Assembly (NCBI GenBank): GCA_017552475.1
Contig: JAFZPY010000126.1
Location: forward strand, 126-64,125
From: Bacteroidales bacterium
Lineage (GTDB): Bacteria > Bacteroidota > Bacteroidia > Bacteroidales > UBA932
Length of the DNA: 64,000 nt
Direction of reading: 5' to 3'
Both the position numbers and the translations under genes were made by a program. This document shows positions 39,415 to 49,131 of the stretch, piece by piece; within the stretch, counting starts at the first letter, position 1, and the number at the start of each line of letters is the position of its first letter. The notes below the pieces were generated by a model. It did not search any database and was not told where the DNA came from. It saw only the letters and a program-made list of their open reading frames with translations.

Positions 39415-42400
39415 TCATCGTTCCGGCGTATCGCTCATATCAAAAACGAGTTCGCCACCTTTTAATATTTCTTCAGCGGGAATCTTGAAACCATCCACAC
39501 TCTTTCCGTTGAGTTTTACTTCCCGGACATACATATTCTTTCTGGAGGCATGGCGAGCCTTGATGACCAGCTCCCGGCCTCTTCCATACCGCCCGCCCAG
39601 ATGAATGACAGTCTTCCTGAACAAAGGACTGCCAATCTCATACGCAGGCTCGGCCGAACAACCTCCGTCCATCTGGAAGAGCCCCAGCGAAGCCATCACT
39701 GCCCAGGCACTCATCTGGCCCTGATCCTCATCGCCCAAATAGGCATTCGCCACACCATAGCCATAATACCTCTCCAAAATGGACCGGCTCCAACGCTGCG
39801 TATTCCACGGCTCCCCGGCGTAATTGAAAAGGAAAGCGAAGTGCATACTCTGCTGATTGCCATGCACTACGGGATGATCCCAATACTGGTCATTCGGGGC
39901 ATTGTACCTCCAGCCCTCATCCTGTGAAAAGCCCCACGACAGCCGCCCGGTGAAACGCTCCTTTCCGATAAAGTCCACCAGCGCCGGTACATCCTGAGGC
40001 ACGAAGAACGTAAGCTGCCATGCATTACCCTCGACGTACTGTTTATTCGCCCCGCTCCAGAAAGGATCAAAGTCTGCCAGAAAGGCCCCTTCACTGTCTT
40101 TCATATGGCAGAAGCCGTCATCGTCAATGGCATGTTTCCACCAATATCCCCTGTCATTAAACACATTGTAGGTCACAGTGTCACCAAGGCTCTTAGCCAA
40201 TTGTCCGACGGCCCAGTCATCAAAGGAATACTCCATCGTATTGGAGAAGCGCCCCTTATCAAAGGGGACGTACCCATATCGGAGATATGCGACCAGATCA
40301 CGGTTACCAGCAAATCCCTTGTACACCTTCCTGCCCGGAGTGGTCTGCATTTTGACAACAGCTTCCAACGCTTTCTGCCCGTCGAAGTCCCGGATTCCCA
40401 TCTGCCAGGCACCGACAATCAGCGGAATCTCATGCTCGGCCACCATCACCGGAATGTAGTTCAACCCGGCAGGTCCCTTTCCCAGCCAGCCGTTTGCATC
40501 GTATAGTGCAAGCTGAGTCCGGACAAACCGGCCCGACCACTCTGGCGTAACAAGATTCCACAGCTGGTTCAGATTCCAGAACGTGTTCCAGAAAGCATCG
40601 CTGCTGAGCATCACATCCTTTGATGGATCCGCGACACGACGGACCACCCCGTCCGTTGACACCCATTGTCCGTTTATGTCGCTCCAAATAGTGCGTCCGC
40701 AAAGGCTGCGGTACATATTATTATAGAACCGCTGTTTCTCCAGGCGGTTGGTCGTCTCAATCTCTATGCGTCCCAGAAGTTCGTTCCAGACCGTCTTCTG
40801 ATTTGCCACGACAGCATCAAAGTCCCATCCGAAAGGCTCGGTCAGTTCTTTTCTTAGGTTCTCCCTCGCATTTGCGATGCTCACGGGAGAAATCGCAGAC
40901 CTTACCTGCACAACGGAGCTCGATGAGGTATCAAAGCGTACGGCTATCAACTCTCCGCCCCTGTAGTACGTAACGCTACTGACCGGACGGTCGAATTCCA
41001 TCACATAATGAATCGTATAATCCTGTTCCGCATCATTTCTCCACACACGCTCCGACCTCTGATGGGAATAGCCCTCTATGCATGTAGGGCTCACCTGATT
41101 GCAGGCCACGTCCACCACTTTGAAGTCATACTCAGCCTGTGGATGAAGTTCAATAAGGATGCGGTTGTCAGCGCTATAGCGTGGAAAAGTGAAACGCTCC
41201 AGACCGCAGCGAGTCGTAGCAGTGAGCTCAGCCAAGATGCCATAATCAGTGAGCAGAGCCGAATAATATCCTATTTCCGCCACTTCAGAGCTCTTGTCAA
41301 TACGGGATCTGTATCCCTCATCAGGTCTCCTCTCATCGCCGACATCCGTTTTCATCGGACCATTGGCAGGCATGACACCCAATCCCCCGAGCGTCCACTC
41401 ATGGACATGGCTGAAGCAACCGATATTCTCCAGCGACGGCTGGTATCCTGCCTGCCAGCCCTGATTCTGGTTGTCAGGACTCAGTTTCACCATACCGAAA
41501 GGCATCCATGGTCCCGGCGCGATCATCCAGCGTGAATGAGCCGTCCCAATCTGGGTATCCACATAGCCGGCGTATGTCTGCTGCAGCTGCGGAGAACGGT
41601 CCACTTCGCCCTCTTCCACAAGCCGGTCGCCGACAAACACCTGATATCGGCTGGTTTTCATCTCCTTCACAACGGGCATGGGGGCTTCAAACTGATAACG
41701 TCCCTTCTCCAACTTCTCTGAGAAAATCTTGCAGCCGTCAAGTTTCACCTTAAGAACAGGTTCTCCGGCCAGATGCTCAACGTCCACGATCAACGGCTGA
41801 CTGTCCCCCACTTCGTAATCTGCCGCCCGGACATCACGGATAAAAGCTTCCTTGGGAACGATGACCTCTACAGGCTCAAGACCGACCAGTGCAACGCGGT
41901 CAAACTTAATCCATGACCCTTCAAGGATACTAATCGTGACCACGTTACCACCCTCACGAAGGACATCCTGCTCCAGCGGAAGCAAAAGCGATTTTCCGGC
42001 TGGCAACTGATATTTACGCAAGTAGCCATTGACACTCAGCTTCACCAGAGGAGGCACTTCCTTCGAGAAATCAGCAAGGTCCAACTCCAGGTCATATCCA
42101 TCCCCACGAGGAAGTTCTCCCAGGGTGAAGAGAATATTCACTTCATGCGTACGCACCCCGGACGCCCAGCCAGTACCGCCCCACTCATCCGCCGGCCCCG
42201 GCATGATATAAGGAAAATCATTCTTTAAATCAGAATGGCCAACGGCAAAAAACTTATCCTCATATCCAAAATCCTTTTCAAGGAACTTATCATAGCCATC
42301 CGGAGCCAGAGCAAACTCAGCTGCCGAGCCATCCTTCCTTCCCAGCTCCCACACGGTTACACCCGGTGCCTCATTCACAAGCGACGGAGGGCAGTCAGAG

Positions 42401-44664
42401 GGCTGGCTACCCCATGCGGGATTAGGCGTATCCCCCATGATAAACGCCAGCGTGCCGCCATTCATTATATCCTCATGGGAAATGTAATTCTTCGAATAAG
42501 GTTTCCCGTTCAGCATGGCTGACTGGATGTAACGGTTATCCGCGCCGCCCTTTGACGTGACTATGGAAAACCTTCGGCCATTCTCCAGACTAAGAACAGC
42601 TTCATCAAACTGAGGCGAACCTATGATATAATAAGGACTCCCGGGGCACACCGGATAGAATCCAAGACTGGAGAAGACAAACCATGCGCTCATCTGTCCG
42701 GCATCATCATTCCCGGCGAGACCTCCGGGCACATCGTCATACTGGCTGTCAAGAATAGTCCTCACCCTGTCCTGCGTCTTCCACGGTTCTCCGGCATAGT
42801 TATACATATAGGCGACCTGATGGCAGGGTTCATTCCCATGCCAGTACAGATTCCCGTCAAAGAGAGAATCCAGTTTAAAGACATATTGTTCCTTCCCTCC
42901 CATCTGGCACATGAGGCCATACGGATCGTGGGGAGCATACCAGGTGTAATGGCAGGGAGCACCTTCCGTTATAAAGCGGGAAAGGACTTCCGGAGACGTT
43001 CCTTTCAAAAAAGTTCCATCCTCATGTCGTCCGCCGGCATACCCCGTCTCCGGATCGATGACATTGCGGTAATATAGGCTGCGCTCATGCAGCACATCAT
43101 AATCTTCCGCCTCACCGAGTTTAAGCGCCACCTGGGAAAGGACGAAATCATCGAACGCATACTCCATCGTACGGGATGTCTGCTCCTGAGTGTGAAAAGC
43201 CTCTTTCACCGGATCTTCCAGCGGGATGTAACCATACCGGAGGTAGCTCTCCAATGCCCGCCGCCCCATTCCATTATTATATTCTTCCTCGCTACAGGGA
43301 GACAGGAAGGCGTTTTTCCTCATGCCCTCGTAGGCAGTGCGAATATCAAAATTCCTGATTCCCTTGATATAGGCATCACCGATTGCGGCTATGCAGTGAT
43401 CCCCGATCATTGCCGATGTATAACTGTTCCAGCAAGGGAAAATTGGGAGCCACCCGCCCTGGGCGTATTTATCTGCCAGCGATTGCATCATCTCGCCGCT
43501 CCGTGCAGGAGATGTCAGCACAAGCAGGGGGTGAAGAGCCCTGTAAGTGTCCCACATGGAGAAATCGTCATAGTGCGGGACGGGACTCTGAAGGATTGGC
43601 GCTCCGCTTGCAAACGCTGGATACCGGCCATCCACATCGCTGATGACGCGCGGCAGGAATGAAGCCCGATACAAGGAGCCATAGAACTTCCGGAGAAGAT
43701 GCCCGTCGTCCGAAGAGACTTTTATTTTGGAAAGATGCTTCTCCCACACACCGGTCAGATATTTTCTGACGCCGTCGAAATCATACCCGGGAATCTCGGC
43801 ATCCAGGTTCCTTTCAGCGCCCTCAATATCGGTGAAAGAACTGGCGGCTTTGATGACAACAGGCTTGTTGTCCGAGTGGCGCTTAAACTGTACATAGAGT
43901 CCAATCCCCTGTGCGCCGCCTATGGATGTGCCGCCTCTGATGACCGTATCCCGCGAATAGACTCCGAAAGTCTCCAGTTCTTCGATAAACCGGATGACAA
44001 AGTATCCGCTATATCCGGCAGGTTGCCCCCATCCCTGATAGATACGGTGGATGGGATTATATCCCCGGATTTCCTTACGTAACGTATCCAGTTCTATATA
44101 ACCGACCCCCTCATCGCTGTTGGGATTGACAATCAGGCATGCCGGTCTGTCTTCCGGGTAGGTGAAACGGAAAATGGCACTTCGGGAGCGTCCGGTCATC
44201 TCGGCACGTATGCCCGATTGGTGAAGGTCCACGGAATAATATGCGGGCGTAGCCACTTCGCTCTCATGACGGAATGGCGTGGCCCTCTCAGCAGGCAGAA
44301 GGTTCTCCACCCCGACTGAAGGGAAAAGCGTCATGGAGCCATAGTCCTGAGTGCAGCCACCGACAATCCAATGTGAATTACGGAATCCCTGAAAGAGGGT
44401 GTCGCGATAGTAATAGGGAGCCACGCATTTCCTCTCAGTATCAGAGGTCTGAGGAGTCCAGAAATTCATTCCGTTGGGTTCCAGCACCGCCGGCAGGGTC
44501 TGTCCATATTCCTCGCTCCCCTTTCCATACCGGCCATCAGTGCATACCACATTTGCATCAGTACCCACACGTGTATCCACGTATGAGGTCAGACACGGAG
44601 TCGCAAATTCAGAGCAGCCGGCCAGGCAGCACAAAGCGGCAGATACAGACAGAATTATCCTCAT
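39415..44664 (-). CDS. Tandem GH92-GH92 alpha-mannosidase-like lipoprotein
   Basis: Two full GH92 modules (SMWDTYRA/GNDDAGQMSAW and DAFWNTFW/GDEDQGQMSAW) joined near 42375; lipobox LAGC. Confidence 0.9.
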   Translation of the reverse strand: MRIILSVSAALCCLAGCSEFATPCLTSYVDTRVGTDANVVCTDGRYGKGSEEYGQTLPAVLEPNGMNFWTPQTSDTERKCVAPYYYRDTLFQGFRNSHWIVGGCTQDYGSMTLFPSVGVENLLPAERATPFRHESEVATPAYYSVDLHQSGIRAEMTGRSRSAIFRFTYPEDRPACLIVNPNSDEGVGYIELDTLRKEIRGYNPIHRIYQGWGQPAGYSGYFVIRFIEELETFGVYSRDTVIRGGTSIGGAQGIGLYVQFKRHSDNKPVVIKAASSFTDIEGAERNLDAEIPGYDFDGVRKYLTGVWEKHLSKIKVSSDDGHLLRKFYGSLYRASFLPRVISDVDGRYPAFASGAPILQSPVPHYDDFSMWDTYRALHPLLVLTSPARSGEMMQSLADKYAQGGWLPIFPCWNSYTSAMIGDHCIAAIGDAYIKGIRNFDIRTAYEGMRKNAFLSPCSEEEYNNGMGRRALESYLRYGYIPLEDPVKEAFHTQEQTSRTMEYAFDDFVLSQVALKLGEAEDYDVLHERSLYYRNVIDPETGYAGGRHEDGTFLKGTSPEVLSRFITEGAPCHYTWYAPHDPYGLMCQMGGKEQYVFKLDSLFDGNLYWHGNEPCHQVAYMYNYAGEPWKTQDRVRTILDSQYDDVPGGLAGNDDAGQMSAWFVFSSLGFYPVCPGSPYYIIGSPQFDEAVLSLENGRRFSIVTSKGGADNRYIQSAMLNGKPYSKNYISHEDIMNGGTLAFIMGDTPNPAWGSQPSDCPPSLVNEAPGVTVWELGRKDGSAAEFALAPDGYDKFLEKDFGYEDKFFAVGHSDLKNDFPYIMPGPADEWGGTGWASGVRTHEVNILFTLGELPRGDGYDLELDLADFSKEVPPLVKLSVNGYLRKYQLPAGKSLLLPLEQDVLREGGNVVTISILEGSWIKFDRVALVGLEPVEVIVPKEAFIRDVRAADYEVGDSQPLIVDVEHLAGEPVLKVKLDGCKIFSEKLEKGRYQFEAPMPVVKEMKTSRYQVFVGDRLVEEGEVDRSPQLQQTYAGYVDTQIGTAHSRWMIAPGPWMPFGMVKLSPDNQNQGWQAGYQPSLENIGCFSHVHEWTLGGLGVMPANGPMKTDVGDERRPDEGYRSRIDKSSEVAEIGYYSALLTDYGILAELTATTRCGLERFTFPRYSADNRILIELHPQAEYDFKVVDVACNQVSPTCIEGYSHQRSERVWRNDAEQDYTIHYVMEFDRPVSSVTYYRGGELIAVRFDTSSSSVVQVRSAISPVSIANARENLRKELTEPFGWDFDAVVANQKTVWNELLGRIEIETTNRLEKQRFYNNMYRSLCGRTIWSDINGQWVSTDGVVRRVADPSKDVMLSSDAFWNTFWNLNQLWNLVTPEWSGRFVRTQLALYDANGWLGKGPAGLNYIPVMVAEHEIPLIVGAWQMGIRDFDGQKALEAVVKMQTTPGRKVYKGFAGNRDLVAYLRYGYVPFDKGRFSNTMEYSFDDWAVGQLAKSLGDTVTYNVFNDRGYWWKHAIDDDGFCHMKDSEGAFLADFDPFWSGANKQYVEGNAWQLTFFVPQDVPALVDFIGKERFTGRLSWGFSQDEGWRYNAPNDQYWDHPVVHGNQQSMHFAFLFNYAGEPWNTQRWSRSILERYYGYGVANAYLGDEDQGQMSAWAVMASLGLFQMDGGCSAEPAYEIGSPLFRKTVIHLGGRYGRGRELVIKARHASRKNMYVREVKLNGKSVDGFKIPAEEILKGGELVFDMSDTPER

Positions 44665-44692
44665 AAGACTTCGTAATTCAGAATAGTTTTCA

Positions 44693-44773
44693 CAAAAATA
44701 GCATTTACTCGCTAATAATGAACACTTTTCCCCTTACTCGATGACAACAAAAAATTACTCTATTGCGACATCG
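44693..44773 (-). promoter_or_regulatory. Promoter (-7 TATTTTTG) with upstream 19-bp candidate AraC site
   Basis: TAnnTTTG at 44700-44693; TTACTCTATTGCGACATCG at 44755-44773. Confidence 0.65.
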
Positions 44774-44790
44774 CATCTCCAGATAGCAGT

Positions 44791-44821
44791 AAAAAAGGCT
44801 ACCTTCACAGGCAGCCTTTTT
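44791..44821 (-). terminator. Intrinsic terminator (bidirectional)
   Basis: AAAAAGGCTGCC-TGTGAA-GGTAGCCTTTTTT. Confidence 0.8.
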
Positions 44822-44900
44822 CTCGTTACAACAATTAAAAGGATCTAAACTTTTTAACTATATGACCTTAGGAGTCATAAACTCCAAATCTCAATCTTCA
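44791..44900 (-). ncRNA. Candidate ~110-nt small RNA
   Basis: Own -7 element TACCTTTG (44912-44905), internal hairpin TATGAC/GTCATA, AU-rich body, terminator, no real ORF. Confidence 0.5.
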
Positions 44901-44981
44901 GTTGCAAAGGTAGAGCATAACCAGCCACGCATCAATCCCAAATTGTTGGTATAATCTTCACGGCCGAATACCAAAACACTG

Positions 44982-47072
44982 CTATTTTACTATAATGACA
45001 TTCGGCACCACCCTCTCGCCGTCATGATCAAACACCTGATTGTCATAAGGATGGTTCACGACGCCGCAATCGCTGACCCAGAGCGTGGACGACCCGCCGC
45101 CGTCAAGGTTGAGGGCCTCATAAAGCCCGAAAGCCTCACACAGGACCTGGAGCTCAGCGATGCTCATACCCTCGCCCTGCGAAGGGAAACGCCCGTCCAC
45201 GACGATGAAATAAATCCACCCGTCTGCCGTATATCCCAGCAGCGTGCGCGGGTGCCTCTGCGCGTAAAACTTTCTATACAAACGCGAACCGTCATCCTCA
45301 TAAGGCACGGCAGCGCCATCCTCAATCAGCACCGGCCCGGAAACAAGCGCCTCTCTCCAACCCTTTGCAGCGCCAGCCGTACTCAGCGAATCCACCGAAA
45401 CAATATCCACCTTCCTCCCCTTCTTGTCCTGAATCCTGAACATACCGTTGCATCTATATGAGCCATCCGTCGTCACCCCGCAGAACACCTTTCCCTCATC
45501 TTTCACATAAGTCACGGGATAAAGCGTGCGCGTATTGAAATAACTTCCGTTAATCGCCGCAACAGCCTTATTGTCAGCGCCAATCCGACTAGTCACAGCA
45601 GCCGCGGGGCCTTCTGACTCCACCACCGACACCGCATGCTTCTTCATAGGAAAACGCGCCACTGAAACATTCTGCACGCTGCCGAACACCTTGACGGACG
45701 CATTGCCCACCTCAACCGAAGAGTCGCCCACAGGACGCCATCCCCAATCCGTACCCTTCAGAGCGGCCAACGGCTCAGCACTGACAATCTTGTGCCTGGA
45801 CGCCCTCACTACAGGCAGATAATGCTCCTTGAAATCGCTCCACCGGTAATACGGACCGCCCGGAAGCGGCAACGTCGCCTCCCTCTCATTCAACAGCACT
45901 TTCAACAAGACATCGCCGCCGCCATTCCTATAAAACACAAACTGCAACGACGCCCCCATCGGTATATTATAATTAGGATAGAATTCCACGCCCTCCTCAA
46001 AAGAAGCCGTCGTGCGTCCGAAGCCGTTCACATCCAGCAGCGTCATGAGCGGAGCCAGTCCCGAATCATGCCCGAAGCGGAGCCTCAACTGCGTATTTCC
46101 AGAAGCAATATCCTCATCAGCCGACTCAATAATCTGGTCCAGCGTAAATGCCGCATAATCCACGGCAAGACTCTCAGAGCCCTCAAATCTCGCCACATGC
46201 AGGAACGTCAGCGCCGACACGCCCTTCCACACCGGATACAGCTCATCCGGAGCAAACACATCATCAAAAATCCCCCTGTCATCGTCAAGGCAGTACGTGC
46301 ATGTCACCACCCCGTGGAGCGTCTCGATAAACTTCTCCGGCGTAATCTTCAGACTGTCCGCCAGCACATCCGCCGAGGTAAACAGCCGCCCGGCGATACT
46401 CCTCCACGGCACAGTCTTCTCAAAATAATCCCTCAACGCCTCATCAGCCGCCTTGCCGCTCTTGAACCCGTTTTTCAACAAATAAGGATTCCCCGGCAGG
46501 CTCGGCTGCAGCCACGAAGCATACTTTGCTGACGCATCGGCATTAAAGTCAATATCATTGTCCAAGGCCTGCAACCGGGACAGGAACGACCACATGCTCA
46601 TGATCACCCTCGGCGACTCAGTCGACACCGCCTCGACATGCGTAGGCCCCTCAAACACCTCAGGGAAGCGCTGGAAAATATGCCCGGCAATCAAGCGGTG
46701 CTGCTCCTTGCCGACACCGGTGAGATTGCCTCTGCTGTATCTCACCTTCTGATAAAACTTTTCATAACGGGCGAAAAAATCCTTGCCCGCATCAGTAAGA
46801 AATCCTCCTTCGGCCGCCTGGACAAACCAACCGTGGACAGCGTCGTATTCACTCGTGCAATAGCGCGCTCCATGTCTGCCGAAATGGCTGATATAGAAAG
46901 GCTCATATCCTTCCGGAGAGGGAGTAAGCGACGGCGCGTCCTTAATAGAATACACATAAAAAGACCCGGCGGCCTTCAGAGGATCACTACCAACAGTCTC
47001 CATGGAGCGCTGCGCAAGGCAGAGTCCCACGGAGCATAAAATAGAAAAGGTAAATACAACTACTTTCTTCAT
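44982..47072 (-). CDS. Histidine acid phosphatase + phosphodiester glycosidase (NAGPA/DUF2233) fusion, exported
   Basis: RHGAR and GHDS (histidine acid phosphatase); AINGSYF, RHPRT, VVDGR, LNLDGGGSS (NAGPA); junction near 45780. Confidence 0.88.
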   Translation of the reverse strand: MKKVVVFTFSILCSVGLCLAQRSMETVGSDPLKAAGSFYVYSIKDAPSLTPSPEGYEPFYISHFGRHGARYCTSEYDAVHGWFVQAAEGGFLTDAGKDFFARYEKFYQKVRYSRGNLTGVGKEQHRLIAGHIFQRFPEVFEGPTHVEAVSTESPRVIMSMWSFLSRLQALDNDIDFNADASAKYASWLQPSLPGNPYLLKNGFKSGKAADEALRDYFEKTVPWRSIAGRLFTSADVLADSLKITPEKFIETLHGVVTCTYCLDDDRGIFDDVFAPDELYPVWKGVSALTFLHVARFEGSESLAVDYAAFTLDQIIESADEDIASGNTQLRLRFGHDSGLAPLMTLLDVNGFGRTTASFEEGVEFYPNYNIPMGASLQFVFYRNGGGDVLLKVLLNEREATLPLPGGPYYRWSDFKEHYLPVVRASRHKIVSAEPLAALKGTDWGWRPVGDSSVEVGNASVKVFGSVQNVSVARFPMKKHAVSVVESEGPAAAVTSRIGADNKAVAAINGSYFNTRTLYPVTYVKDEGKVFCGVTTDGSYRCNGMFRIQDKKGRKVDIVSVDSLSTAGAAKGWREALVSGPVLIEDGAAVPYEDDGSRLYRKFYAQRHPRTLLGYTADGWIYFIVVDGRFPSQGEGMSIAELQVLCEAFGLYEALNLDGGGSSTLWVSDCGVVNHPYDNQVFDHDGERVVPNVIIVK

Positions 47073-47110
47073 ATGATTATTACTTCGCTTGTACTATGTA
47101 TGTGATATAT

Positions 47111-47884
47111 CTATTCAAGGGTAAAAACTTTCAACAGCCCGAAGTCTCCGTCGACTCCGGTGATGCACACGTCTACTTCGTTCAGACCCGGCTTCAGGAA
47201 TGGGCCGATATCTTTTTTGAACGACTTTTTGGTGAGTTCGGCGACCTTTTCGCCGTTTACCCACACTACGCTGGATGTTCCTTTCCAGTCCGGAATGCGG
47301 AGAATACGCTTGCCGATCTTCTCCGGCACTTCATACTCTTGCCTGTATGATACTTCTCCCGAGTAGAAAGACATTCCTTGCGATGCGAGTATGCCAAGTT
47401 CCGGAGCCTTCGCCGGGACTACACACCATCCGCCATCATCCACAGGGCTGAGATCAAACTCGCCGGTAATGAAAATCGGCGAGACTTTCCCGCTTCCGCG
47501 CAGTTCGATAACGTTTTCCCCATCCTCCACGAGGCCGCTGATGACATAACAGCCATCTCCGTCATCCAGAAGATGCAGGTTCCTGGACGGCGTCATCTCT
47601 TTACCGTTCACCGTCACTGTCCAAAGCGCGGCGTCACGGCACACGAGAAGTGCGCTTGAATTGCACAGGCAGTCCAGTGAAAGGAACGTATAACGGGCCG
47701 TAGTCACGCCTGACTCTATGGTAATATCATGGGACTCAAGCGGGAACCGGTTGTTGTCAAGCCTCTCGATCATGAGCCCTGACAACGGCTCTATTTTACC
47801 AAACCGGCTCCCGTCGGTAAGGCGGGAGCACGATAAGGTCAATAAAAGGAATATAAAAATTATGTATTTTATCTTCCGGGGCAT
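47111..47884 (-). CDS. Lipoprotein with GH2-type sugar-binding (galactose-binding-like) domain
   Basis: Lipobox TLSC; FYSGEVSYRQEY...VWVNG...LKPGLNEV. Confidence 0.6.
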   Translation of the reverse strand: MPRKIKYIIFIFLLLTLSCSRLTDGSRFGKIEPLSGLMIERLDNNRFPLESHDITIESGVTTARYTFLSLDCLCNSSALLVCRDAALWTVTVNGKEMTPSRNLHLLDDGDGCYVISGLVEDGENVIELRGSGKVSPIFITGEFDLSPVDDGGWCVVPAKAPELGILASQGMSFYSGEVSYRQEYEVPEKIGKRILRIPDWKGTSSVVWVNGEKVAELTKKSFKKDIGPFLKPGLNEVDVCITGVDGDFGLLKVFTLE

Positions 47885-47885
47885 G

Positions 47886-49130
47886 CTATTTCAAATCACT
47901 TTTGATGTAAACAGCGTTGCCGGTAGGACGGAGAATAGTACCATTCCAATCCCAAGTGTCAGGCTTGCTGGCATCGACACGGTTTTCGGACACGTGGTTC
48001 ACGATATTTCTGGAATTACCCTGTCCGTACACCCACATGGCTGTACCGCCGCCGCCGTCAAAGTTCATGGCTTTGTAGCAGCCGAGGCCTCTCATGAGTT
48101 TGGCGAGACGGTCGGTTGACATGCCGTAGGCCGTCTGTTCAGAGGGCCAGCCATTCGTGTGCCAGCGTCCGTCCACAGTCACCTGCACCACGGTCTTTCC
48201 ATCCTTGGAGATGCCGATAGCGGTACGGGGATGTGTGGAGGTAAGCCAGTTATTCTTATCGGCGGCCTTCCACTCATCCGAGCTCTTCAGGATTTCACCT
48301 TCCCATACGAGGAGAGGGCCTGCGCATCCGACGGTATTGTTCTTGAGCGCTGCGGCATCGTAGTTATCCTTCACTTTGACGATGTCCACTACGTCGCCAT
48401 CGATGGTTATCGCACAGTTGGAAATCCACGGTTCTGTCTCCGTGTTCGTGGCCGCATGCTTGATCACTCCGTCCACACGGGCGAACTGGCAGCAGGCCAT
48501 GGGGCCGTTGGTACCAGCGATGGCGTCCAGGAACACGCACTTCTCATCGAGGTCTTTCAGGCCCTCATCCGAGTAGTTGAAGTACATTCCGAGCTTGTTG
48601 TGTTCGTTGAGCTTGCTCCTGATAATGTTGATATTACGAATCTTGCTTTCCCACGTTCCATGGAACGTGGTCCATTCCACGCCTTCGCATATTTTCACTG
48701 TCGTGGCGCCTTCAAGCTGGATTGTGGGTGTGTCGTCCCAGGGTTCATCGTCCTTGGGCTTGGTCGTATATTCCAGAATGACGGAATTGGACTCCCTGCC
48801 TTTGGTGGACACCCTGATTTTGAGCTGGTTGCCGCCGACCTCAGGAGCGATGAATACGAGCTTGCTTTCAGAAGCCTCGGTCACATCAATATTGGTGGCG
48901 TTAAGGCCGACGCCATAGACCACCTTGTTGTCAGATGCGACGGGGCTGAAGTTGGAGCCGTTTATCTGCACGGGCTCGCCGACGACAGCCTTGCCTTCAT
49001 AATTAGTGGTGATACCCGAGATCTGGGGCTCCGGCAAGTTGTCGGAGCCACCTTTCTCGCCGCCGCATGAGAATGCGGCAATTATCAACACGAATAGTAA
49101 AAAGAACGATACTATTTTTTTCATATACAT
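47886..49130 (-). CDS. Surface lipoprotein: IPT/TIG domain + phosphodiester glycosidase (NAGPA) domain
   Basis: Lipobox AFSC; INGSNFS (IPT); THPRTAIG, VDGR, MNFDGGG. Confidence 0.85.
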   Translation of the reverse strand: MYMKKIVSFFLLFVLIIAAFSCGGEKGGSDNLPEPQISGITTNYEGKAVVGEPVQINGSNFSPVASDNKVVYGVGLNATNIDVTEASESKLVFIAPEVGGNQLKIRVSTKGRESNSVILEYTTKPKDDEPWDDTPTIQLEGATTVKICEGVEWTTFHGTWESKIRNINIIRSKLNEHNKLGMYFNYSDEGLKDLDEKCVFLDAIAGTNGPMACCQFARVDGVIKHAATNTETEPWISNCAITIDGDVVDIVKVKDNYDAAALKNNTVGCAGPLLVWEGEILKSSDEWKAADKNNWLTSTHPRTAIGISKDGKTVVQVTVDGRWHTNGWPSEQTAYGMSTDRLAKLMRGLGCYKAMNFDGGGGTAMWVYGQGNSRNIVNHVSENRVDASKPDTWDWNGTILRPTGNAVYIKSDLK

Positions 49131-49131
49131 T

